38,684 nt of DNA from Gemmatimonadales bacterium (GTDB lineage Bacteria > Gemmatimonadota > Gemmatimonadetes > Gemmatimonadales > GWC2-71-9), in assembly GCA_041613315.1 (NCBI GenBank), contig JBFJHJ010000031.1, positions 1-38,684 of the forward strand, given 5' to 3'. Under the pieces are notes generated by a model. That model saw only the letters and a program-made list of their open reading frames with translations, searched no databases and had not been told where the DNA came from. Numbering within the stretch: position 1 is the first letter of the stretch; every line of letters begins with the position of its first letter. The position numbers were made by a program, and so were the translations under genes. Below are positions 29,621 to 37,313 of the stretch, piece by piece.

Positions 29621-31101
29621 GACTCCGGGCGCAGCATCGGAAAGAGGATCACGTCACGGATGTGGGTCTGCTCCGTCAACAGCATGACGAGGCGGTCCAC
29701 CCCGACGCCGCATCCGCCGGTGGGCGGCATGCCGTACTCCAACGCCCGGACGTAGTCCTCGTCCACGCCGTGCGCCTCCGCGTCGCCGCGGGCCCGCAGC
29801 GCGGCCTGCGCCTCGAACCGCTCCCGCTGATCGTCGGGATCGTTCAGCTCGCTGAACGCGTTGGCCAGCTCGTGGCCACCGACGTAGAGCTCAAACCGCT
29901 CCGCGACGGCGGGATCGCCGCGCTTGGGCTTGGCCAAGGGCGACAACTCGAGGGGATAGTCGATCACGAACGTCGGCTGGTCCACGTGCGGCTCCACGAA
30001 TGTCTTAAACACCTCGTCGATGAGCTTGGTCCGTCCCATGGTGTCCACGTCGGGGACCTCCCGGCGCCGCAGCGCCACCCGAAGCGCCGCCTCGTCGCTG
30101 GCCGCGAGGTCCAGCCCCGCATGCCGCCGCACCAACGCGCCGTAGCTGAGCCGCGGCCAGGGCGGCGTGAAATCGTAGGTGGTGCCGAACCGCTCAATGG
30201 CGCTGGCACCGCAGACGTCTCGGATGACGCCGTGCAGCATCGCCTCCACCAGCGCCATGATCTCGTGGTAGTCGGCGTACGCCTGATAGAACTCCAGCAT
30301 CGTGAACTCGGGATTGTGGAGCCGGTCCATCCCCTCGTTGCGAAAATCCTTGCCGATCTCGTAGACCCGCTCGAGACCGCCCACGATGCAGCGCTTGAGA
30401 TAGAGCTCCGTGGCGATGCGCAGGTACACCGTGGTGTCCAGCGCCTGATACTGGGTGACGAACGGACGCGCCAGCGCTCCGCCGTACACCGGTTGCAGGA
30501 CCGGCGTCTCCACCTCGACGTAGTCCCGGGCATTCAGGAAATCGCGCAGGTATTGGATCACCCGGGCGCGCACCCGGAAGACCTCGCGCACGTCCGGACG
30601 CACCGCCAGGTCGGCGTACCGCTGTCGGTAGCGCTGCTCGGGGTCCACCAGCACACCGTGGACTTCCCCCTCCGCGTCCTCCTTGCCGAGCGGCAGCGGG
30701 CGGAGCGCCTTGGCAAGCAGCACGACGTCCTCGGCGTGCACGGTCACCTCACCGGTCTTGGTGCGGAACATGTAGCCCGCGACCCCCACGTGATCGCCGA
30801 GGTCGAGGAGCTTGATCAACGCGTAGCCGTCAGCTCCCAGGTCATCGTGACGAAAATAGAGCTGGACGCGACCGCTGGGGTCGCTGAGGTGCGCAAACGT
30901 GGACTTCCCGTGGCTCCGGAGCGCCACGATCCGGCCGGCCACGCGCACGCGGACCTGGTCGCCGTCGGCGCCCAAGGCGCCCGCAGCGGCCTCGGCGCTG
31001 TGGGTCCGCTCATAGGCGTAGGCGTACGGGTCGATGCCCCGCTCCCGCAGCGCGGCCAGCGTCTCGCGACGCGCCTCCTCGACGAACGACCGCGCCTCCA
31101 T
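29617..31101 (-). CDS. lysS: Lysine--tRNA ligase (class II)
   Basis: OB fold (VAGRIV…HGKSTF), RYRQRYADL, VETPVLQ, LRIATELYLKR, FRNEG, YGMPPTGGCGVGVDRL. Start ATG 31101 or GTG 31107. Confidence 0.96.
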   Translation of the reverse strand: MEARSFVEEARRETLAALRERGIDPYAYAYERTHSAEAAAGALGADGDQVRVRVAGRIVALRSHGKSTFAHLSDPSGRVQLYFRHDDLGADGYALIKLLDLGDHVGVAGYMFRTKTGEVTVHAEDVVLLAKALRPLPLGKEDAEGEVHGVLVDPEQRYRQRYADLAVRPDVREVFRVRARVIQYLRDFLNARDYVEVETPVLQPVYGGALARPFVTQYQALDTTVYLRIATELYLKRCIVGGLERVYEIGKDFRNEGMDRLHNPEFTMLEFYQAYADYHEIMALVEAMLHGVIRDVCGASAIERFGTTYDFTPPWPRLSYGALVRRHAGLDLAASDEAALRVALRRREVPDVDTMGRTKLIDEVFKTFVEPHVDQPTFVIDYPLELSPLAKPKRGDPAVAERFELYVGGHELANAFSELNDPDDQRERFEAQAALRARGDAEAHGVDEDYVRALEYGMPPTGGCGVGVDRLVMLLTEQTHIRDVILFPMLRPES

Positions 31102-31103
31102 CG

Positions 31104-32211
31104 TCACGCGGCCCGGCTCCCGAACCGCTTGAGGAACGTCTCGATGAAGGGATCGATCTCGCCGTCCATCACCGACTGCACGTCCGAGACCTTCAGCTCC
31201 GTCCGATGGTCGTTCACCATGGTGTAGGGCTGGAAGACGTACGAGCGGATCTGATTGCCCCAGCTGATGTCGGTCTTGGTGGCTTCCAGTGCCGCCTTCT
31301 TCTTTTCCTGCTCTTCGATCGCCAACTGATACACTGCGGCTTTGAGCATCTTCAGTGCCGTCGCGCGGTTCTTGTGCTGGCTTCGCTCCTGCTGACACGA
31401 CACCGCAATCCCCGTGGGGAGGTGGCGGAGCCGCACGGCCGACGACGTCTTGTTGACGTGCTGGCCGCCAGCCCCCGACGCGCGGAACACCTCCATCTCG
31501 ATGTCCTCGTCCCGCAGCTCGATCTCCACGTCTTCGTCCACCACCGGGTACACGAAGATCGAGGCAAACGAGGTGTGCCGCCGGGACTGCGAGTCGAACG
31601 GCGAGATCCGCACGAGCCGATGGACGCCTTTCTCGGCCTTCAAGTAACCGAACGCGTACTCGCCCCGTATCTCCATCGTCACGGACTTGATGCCCGCTTC
31701 TTCGCCGGGAAGGAGGTCGAGGATGTCCACGGTGTAGCCGTGCCGCTCCGCCCACCGCGTGTACATGCGCATGAGCATCTCGGCCCAATCCTGTGACTCC
31801 GTGCCGCCGGCGCCGGGATGGATCGTGAGGAGGGCGTCGCGCGCGTCGTCGGGGCCCTGCAGCATGTTCTGGAACTCCAGCCGCTCGAGACCGTCGCGCA
31901 GCATGGCCGCCTCATCGGCCAGACCCTGGGTCAGGTCGCCGTCCGGGGACTCCGCATTGAGTTCCGCGAGTTCCAGCGCATCGGTCGTGCGCCGGGTCAG
32001 ATCCGCCAGGGGGTCGGTCCAGCGCTTCAGTTGGCGGATTTCCTCCACCGCCGCGCGCGCGTGCTCCGAGTTGGTCCAGAACCCCGGCGCGGCCATCGAG
32101 GCCTCGAGGGTCGCTAGGCGGGCACGCTTGGCATCGAGGTCAAAGATAACCTCGCAGCTCGGTGAGCCGACGATCGATCTCCTGGAGAATGTCCACTATC
32201 GCGTCCGACAT
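31104..32211 (-). CDS. prfB: Peptide chain release factor 2 (programmed +1 frameshift at about 32142)
   Basis: SPF tripeptide (RISPFD), GGQ motif. N-terminal segment [23 protein letters not shown] from ATG 32211 (SD AGGAG) ends at CTT-TGA-C and continues in the +1 frame as DLDAKR…GFW. Confidence 0.97.
32139..32153 (-). promoter_or_regulatory. RF2 autoregulatory frameshift cassette
   Basis: Minus strand GAGGT-TAT-CTT-TGA-C: internal SD-like GAGG followed by the canonical CUUUGAC shift site. Confidence 0.95.
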
Positions 32212-32246
32212 TGCCGCTCCTACGCGAGGCGTCCGGCATGAGTTGA

Positions 32247-32294
32247 GCCGTCATCCCCGGGTCGGGGAGGACGGCCCGTGTGTGGGCAAATATA
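32247..32294 (-). promoter_or_regulatory. Putative -10 element and leader hairpin upstream of prfB
   Basis: TATATT at 32294-32289 with no convincing -35; hairpin GCCGTC-C-TCCCCG-ACC-CGGGGA-T-GACGGC at 32275-32247. Confidence 0.45.
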
Positions 32295-32343
32295 GGCCGG
32301 ACAGGCAGTTAACACCACCCTCGATTCCGGCGCGGTTGCGCGC

Positions 32344-33180
32344 TCAAAAAATCTGCTGGCCGCCGGCGAGGATCTCGTTCAAGGCTTCCGCGAAATATGG
32401 GGTCGAGTTCGCGAGCTCCGCCCCCACCTGCTCCACGTACTCGTCCCAGCTCTTGGAGATCTCTTCCTCGAAGGCCTGCTTGAGCGTGCCGGTTCTGAGC
32501 GCTTGCTGCCGCTTCTCCGGCTGGTAGGCGATAATGTCCGAAATCAACGCTCGCGCGAGGCGCCGGGCTTTCTGCCGCGGGTCCTGGGCCAGAAAGGGAT
32601 TCACGGGTCGCGCGCTCGCCGGCGCCCCCGCGCCCGGTTTCGCGCCAGAAGGACGCGGAACGGGTGGGGCGGGCATGGGTTTCCCCGGCGCCGGCCGGAA
32701 CACGGGGGCGCTGGGCCGGGCCGGCCGCTCCGGGGCTGCTGTCGGCTCGCGGCGAGCACCGGGCGCCGCCGGTTTGGCGACGGGACGGGATACCCGGAGC
32801 GGGGGCGCGGTGCGGGCCGCCGCGGGCGGGGTCGGTTGGGCCGCCGGCTTCGCGCGAGGCGCGGTCGGGGTTGCACCGGGGGCGGCGCGGGCCGCTGGCC
32901 GGGGGGCGGGCGATGGCGTTGGGGCCGCCGTCGGAGCCGGCCGGGGCCCACTCGGGCGCGGCGCCACCGGGGGCGCCGGCTGTGCGGCGGGCACACGGAC
33001 GCCGCCGGACGCTCGAGCCTCCCGTGGTGCTGACGTCGCAGCGCTCGCGCGCCCATCGCCGGAGCGGCGCACATCGAACACCGTGGAGCAGTTCGTACAC
33101 CGGGCCTGGATTCCCTTCTCCGGCACTTTGGCCGGATCCACCCGGTAGACCGCTTCACACGCAGGACACCGCACGTTCAT
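32344..33180 (-). CDS. Zinc-ribbon (MJ0042-type) protein with Pro/Ala linker and C-terminal helical, RomX-like domain
   Basis: N-terminal CPACEAVYRVDPAKVPEKGIQARCTNCSTVF; about 160 aa P/A/R low-complexity linker; C-terminal KARRLARALISDIIAY…FEEEI…Y…V…YF…ALNEIL. Confidence 0.85.
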   Translation of the reverse strand: MNVRCPACEAVYRVDPAKVPEKGIQARCTNCSTVFDVRRSGDGRASAATSAPREARASGGVRVPAAQPAPPVAPRPSGPRPAPTAAPTPSPAPRPAARAAPGATPTAPRAKPAAQPTPPAAARTAPPLRVSRPVAKPAAPGARREPTAAPERPARPSAPVFRPAPGKPMPAPPVPRPSGAKPGAGAPASARPVNPFLAQDPRQKARRLARALISDIIAYQPEKRQQALRTGTLKQAFEEEISKSWDEYVEQVGAELANSTPYFAEALNEILAGGQQIF

Positions 33181-33201
33181 CGGGCGAGCTCCATCACGCC
33201 G

Positions 33202-34155
33202 CTACCGGTTCGGGTCCGAGTCGCGCCGCCGATCGATCACGAAGACGGAGCCGGGGAGCGTCTTGGCATAACTCTTCATTTCGGTGGCCAGCTCGCTGAC
33301 TTCGGCGGGATGGCTGAACCGCCGCCGTTCGTTCGTGACGATCCCGATGGAGAGCGTCATCAGCGGAACGCGGTGCAGATGGCCGCGTCGGTCCTTGCCG
33401 AAGAAGTACCCGGCCCGGCGGTCTTGCGCGTTGTACTGGTACGGGATGAGTGCGTCGAAGACCGTGATGACTTCGCTGCACACCTCCTGCACCCGCTCGA
33501 TGGGGAGGATGACGATGAAATCGTCGCCGCCGATATGGCCCACGAACCCGTCCGTCGGGCACAGTCCCTTCACGACGTCGCGCAAAATGCGTGACAGAAT
33601 GAAGATAACCCGATCGCCGTCGTAGTAGCTGTACCGATCGTTGAATTCCTTGAAATGGTCGAGATCGGCGTAACATACCGCAAAAACGGCCTCCCTGTCG
33701 AGCCGATGTCGGATATCCCGGTCGATCTCGGGCGTGCCCGGCAGTCGCGTGGAGGGGTGGACGGCTACGTTCCGCTCGGTGCGCGCCAGCAGCGCCGCGA
33801 GGCGGCTTCGCTGCTCGGCCGGCGGAAATATGGGGGTGAGCACTTCGTCGGCACCCGCCTCGAACCACTCCCGCACGTCGTCCGCGTCGTGACATGCGGA
33901 TACGAAGGCGACGGGCACGATGGCGGTATAGGGATCGGCCTTGAGGGTGCGGCACAACGCGGGCGCAGCGGCGTCGGATCCGTCGGCATCCATCACGATC
34001 AGCGCGGGAGGGTTGCGCAACGCGATGCGCACCACGCCCGCCGCCTCGCTCAGCTCGAGCAAGGGCATAGGCTGGCCCTCCAGCCAGGCCGCGACGAGGT
34101 CGGGCGGCGGACGCTCAGTGGGTGAGAAATACAAGACCGTCGGACGCGTCCGCAC
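33202..34155 (-). CDS. Atypical receiver domain + GGDEF diguanylate cyclase
   Basis: Receiver-like fold (LIVMD, LCRTLKADPYTAIVPVAFVS, GADEVL); GGDEF motifs DLDHFKEFND, GD, GHIGGDDF, TLSIG. Confidence 0.9.
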   Translation of the reverse strand: MRTRPTVLYFSPTERPPPDLVAAWLEGQPMPLLELSEAAGVVRIALRNPPALIVMDADGSDAAAPALCRTLKADPYTAIVPVAFVSACHDADDVREWFEAGADEVLTPIFPPAEQRSRLAALLARTERNVAVHPSTRLPGTPEIDRDIRHRLDREAVFAVCYADLDHFKEFNDRYSYYDGDRVIFILSRILRDVVKGLCPTDGFVGHIGGDDFIVILPIERVQEVCSEVITVFDALIPYQYNAQDRRAGYFFGKDRRGHLHRVPLMTLSIGIVTNERRRFSHPAEVSELATEMKSYAKTLPGSVFVIDRRRDSDPNR

Positions 34156-34193
34156 GGAGATCCTCGGAACCCCCTAATTGACGAAGTGGAACA

Positions 34194-34222
34194 AACTTAC
34201 CGGGCCCCCTACCATGGGGCAA
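34194..34222 (-). promoter_or_regulatory. Sigma70-type promoter for the GGDEF / zinc-ribbon gene pair
   Basis: TTGCCC (34222-34217), 17-nt spacer, TAAGTT (34199-34194), about 40 nt before the GTG. Confidence 0.6.
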
Positions 34223-34364
34223 CACGCCGCGGCGCGCCGTGCGGTTGCGCACGCACCGAGCCGTGCGAGCACCGCCGCCCGCCTGGAGCCGCTCGGTCAA
34301 CCCGGGCATCTCGCTCCAGAAGCAGGCTGGGCCGACCTTAACACTGGACATGAGATCATAAGTA

Positions 34365-34391
34365 GTAAATCATGATGTAACAATGGTTTAC
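34365..34391. promoter_or_regulatory. AT-rich imperfect inverted repeat, candidate protein-binding site
   Basis: GTAAATCAT-N9-ATGGTTTAC (8 of 9 positions complementary) within the most AT-rich patch of the window. Confidence 0.45.
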
Positions 34392-34448
34392 GCTATGTTG
34401 CGTCGGGGTTCCTACACCTGCTCGCCGGGAAGGTGGCAGACGGCGGGG

Positions 34449-35285
34449 TCAAAACGCGACCGAGACCATTACGAAGGCGTGGAGCCGCTCCCCCGGCCCG
34501 GCCGTGCCCATCAGGGACGTCACCTCGACCGGTCGACTGTTGCGGGAGAGACGGTGGGACACGAAGGCGTCGACGGCGCTCAGCAGGTGATTGGCGAGCA
34601 TGAAGCCCAACTGCTGGGTCGCCCGCCGGAAGGCCTCGTCGCTCTGGCGAATGGACTGGGCAAACAGATCGCGCTCGAGGCCGGCGTCCCGCCAGGACCA
34701 GCGGAAGTTCGGCCCCACGGCCCGCTGGAGATAGAACTCCAACGCCCGCTTGTACTCGTCCGAGGCGGTATCCGGTATGCTGTCCGGATTGGTGAAGAAC
34801 GTCTGGCGGGCGAGAGCCCAGATGCTCCCGTTGAACGTGCGGTAGTCCGTTGGGGGAGCGAACCCCGGCCCCGGGTCCGTGTCGAGCGGGCCGCTCTCGG
34901 CGAACTTCTCCATCTGCTCGAAGTACTCGAAGACCGTGTCGCGGATCGAGGGGCTGAACGGCGCTCGGGCGACGGTGAGCGCCAGCTCGCGGAAGCGATC
35001 ACCTTCGCGGCTGCCCTCGCGCTGGAACGATACGAATCGCGTGAGGAGGGCCGCCTCGAGGACCAGATAGATGGCGGCCCGGTCGTTTACTGCGAGGAGC
35101 TGGCCGCTGCCCGGGATGATCAGCGACGCGGTGGGTCGGAGCCAGCCTGCGCGGCTCGAGTCCGAGAGCGCGCGCCAGACCGAGCCGAAGATCGAGCCCG
35201 TGGGCGTGGCGACCGAATCCTCCTGGGCGCGCGCCGGCGCGGCGAAGACCACGAGGGCCGCGGCGGCCAAAGCCAGGCGCGCCAT
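34449..35285 (-). CDS. Hypothetical exported/outer-membrane protein (DUF5683-like motif)
   Basis: Signal peptide ending ARA-QED; ASLIIPGSGQL…AAIYLVLEAALL motif; NHLLSAVDAFV; C-terminal beta-strand ending in Phe (VMVSVAF). Confidence 0.75.
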   Translation of the reverse strand: MARLALAAAALVVFAAPARAQEDSVATPTGSIFGSVWRALSDSSRAGWLRPTASLIIPGSGQLLAVNDRAAIYLVLEAALLTRFVSFQREGSREGDRFRELALTVARAPFSPSIRDTVFEYFEQMEKFAESGPLDTDPGPGFAPPTDYRTFNGSIWALARQTFFTNPDSIPDTASDEYKRALEFYLQRAVGPNFRWSWRDAGLERDLFAQSIRQSDEAFRRATQQLGFMLANHLLSAVDAFVSHRLSRNSRPVEVTSLMGTAGPGERLHAFVMVSVAF

Positions 35286-35288
35286 GGC

Positions 35289-36269
35289 TCAGAGGCCGAC
35301 GCGAAGGCTCAGGTGTACCGGCTCGTCGAAGCTGGACGAGTCGAAGAATACGCGGGCGAAATCCAGGCTGAGCCGCCCGACTTGCAGGCCGATGCCGACC
35401 GAGGGTCCGCTGGTCTCGGAGCGCAGAAAGGCATAGCCCGTCCGCACGCGAATCAGCTCCTCGTAGCCGATCTCGAGGCCGACGCGCGCATCAGGGTTGT
35501 CGTAGCGGCCCCACGCGTCTTGCAGGTCCACGAGCACGCGGGCGTCGAGTCCGCGCTCGGCCCCCGCGGCGCGCGGCAACTCCACCCGATAGGCCACGCC
35601 GATCTGCACGCGCGTGGGAAGCGGGTCGGCCTGATCGCGGTTCTCGAGCTGGAGCCGGAACCCGGCGTGCCGCACGGCCAGCCCGATGCGCAGGGCGTCG
35701 TCGCGGCCGAACCCGTACTGCACGCCGACATCGACCCCGTGGGTGGTGCCCACGATGTCACGAAACGGCCCGCACTCGCCGCTGCAGTCTTGACGGAACT
35801 GGATCAGCTTGTAGCTGAGCCCGAAGGTCAATCCGTTGGTGATCTCGGTGGCGTAGGACGCGAGGACCTCCAGATTCTTCGGGGAGATCCGCCCCACGGG
35901 GAGGCCCGGGCCCGTCACCACCTCCTGCTCCCCGAAGTCCACGAGGTAGGCCGTGATCCCCACGACGCCGAGGCGCCTCGCCGTCAGGAAGCCGGAGATG
36001 GCGGTGTTGTTGGAGGCGAACGTGATGCCGTGGTGAATGGCGAATTCGCTGCGGGGAAGCAGGGCGAGGCCGGCAGGGTTCCAGAACGCGGCCTCGCTGC
36101 TGCCGCCGTCCGCGGCCGCCGCCTGTCCCAGGGCGGCGGCACGCCCGCCCATCGGGATGAGGAGGAACGTCGCACCCCCCTCGACGGGGTCGCCGGGGCT
36201 CTGGGCCGCCAGGGGCTGGATGGCGGTCACGAGCGCGAGCAGCGACAGGCTAGAGAGGCGTTGCCTCAT
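35289..36269 (-). CDS. PorV/PorQ-family (FadL-like) outer membrane beta-barrel
   Basis: Signal peptide, then [19 protein letters not shown]…[10 protein letters not shown] signature; alternating beta strands; C-terminal HLSLRVGL. Confidence 0.85.
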   Translation of the reverse strand: MRQRLSSLSLLALVTAIQPLAAQSPGDPVEGGATFLLIPMGGRAAALGQAAAADGGSSEAAFWNPAGLALLPRSEFAIHHGITFASNNTAISGFLTARRLGVVGITAYLVDFGEQEVVTGPGLPVGRISPKNLEVLASYATEITNGLTFGLSYKLIQFRQDCSGECGPFRDIVGTTHGVDVGVQYGFGRDDALRIGLAVRHAGFRLQLENRDQADPLPTRVQIGVAYRVELPRAAGAERGLDARVLVDLQDAWGRYDNPDARVGLEIGYEELIRVRTGYAFLRSETSGPSVGIGLQVGRLSLDFARVFFDSSSFDEPVHLSLRVGL

Positions 36270-36420
36270 CGATCAGCATGATCGGGATATCGTCTTCCAC
36301 GGCGTAGATCAGGCGGCAGGCATGGCACACCAACTGCTCGGCCGGGGCGGTGCGGTATTCGAGATCCCCCTTGCACTTGGGGCAAACCAGGATCTCGAGG
36401 AGCTCGGGAGCGAGGCTCAT
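36250..36420 (-). CDS. Trm112/YcaR (UPF0434)-family protein
   Basis: [22 protein letters not shown]…[27 protein letters not shown] 36420 overlaps the era stop; SD GAGGA. Confidence 0.92.
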   Translation of the reverse strand: MSLAPELLEILVCPKCKGDLEYRTAPAEQLVCHACRLIYAVEDDIPIMLIDEATPL

Positions 36421-37304
36421 GACGGGTTCCTCTGGGGAGTGGGTACGCCGAGGCGGCGCAGCGCCGCTGCCGAGCGCCGCCACTTGGGGAGGACCTTGAC
36501 CCAGAGGTCGAGGTAGACGCGTCGTCCAAGCAGCGCCTCGATCCGGTGCCGCGCGTATTCCCCCAGCGCCCGGACAGTGCGGCCGCCGGTGCCGATGACC
36601 ATACGCTTCTGGGACTCCCGCTCGGCGTGGAGCGTGACCCGAATATACACCGGATCCTCCGCCTCTCGGAACTCGTCTACCTCCGCCGCGATCGCGTAGG
36701 GCAGTTCCTGCGCCAGGAGCGCGAATGCCGCCTCCCGCACGTACTCCGCCACGAAGAAGCGGAGCGGCTGGGTGCTGATCTCGTCCGGGTCGTAGCGGAA
36801 CGGACCGGGACGGGCCTGCGCGTCACACCACGCGAGCAACGCCTCGATGCCCTCCCCCGTGACGGCGGACACGACGAGGCACCCCGGCGGCGACGCTGCG
36901 AGGCGCTTGGTGACGGTGTCGGCTTTCGTCAGCACGGTGAGCACCGGCGCGCGCACGGGCGGGCCCTCGGGGGGGAGGAGCGTCGCCAGCGGCCGGGGCT
37001 CGCCGTCGTCGGCTGGGTGCAGGTACAGCACCGCATCGACCTCCTGAAGGGCGCTCAGCGCCTGCGCCCGCATCGCTTCTTGGAGCAGATACCGAGGCAC
37101 CAAGAGACCGGGCGGATCCACGAAGGCGAGTTGGAGGTCGCCCGCGGTGCGCACCCCCACCACGGACGTCCGCGTGGACTGCGGCTTGGGACTCGTGATT
37201 GCGAGGGGCTCGCCAACCAGCGCGTTCAGCAGGGTGGATTTGCCCGCGTTGGGCCGTCCCGCCAGCGCGATCGTCGCGAAGCGGGTCTCCACGTGCTCCG
37301 ACAT
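36417..37304 (-). CDS. era: GTPase Era
   Basis: [56 protein letters not shown] domain, VYLDLWVKV. Confidence 0.95.
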   Translation of the reverse strand: MSEHVETRFATIALAGRPNAGKSTLLNALVGEPLAITSPKPQSTRTSVVGVRTAGDLQLAFVDPPGLLVPRYLLQEAMRAQALSALQEVDAVLYLHPADDGEPRPLATLLPPEGPPVRAPVLTVLTKADTVTKRLAASPPGCLVVSAVTGEGIEALLAWCDAQARPGPFRYDPDEISTQPLRFFVAEYVREAAFALLAQELPYAIAAEVDEFREAEDPVYIRVTLHAERESQKRMVIGTGGRTVRALGEYARHRIEALLGRRVYLDLWVKVLPKWRRSAAALRRLGVPTPQRNPS

Positions 37305-37313
37305 GCCCGGACG

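Noticed and set aside
32590..33060. Tandem DNA repeat or CRISPR array in the very GC-rich stretch
   Set aside because: It encodes a Pro/Ala linker; no regular repeat-spacer structure.
33560..33680. GGDEF as a Hypr-type cyclic AMP-GMP synthase
   Set aside because: The guanine-specifying Asp of the ND…GD motif is retained (YDGDRV) rather than replaced by Ser or Thr.
36900..37200. Degenerate Era (DPPG, QSTR, TKAD variants)
   Set aside because: The DxxG, G2 Thr and (N/T)KxD consensus elements are still satisfied.
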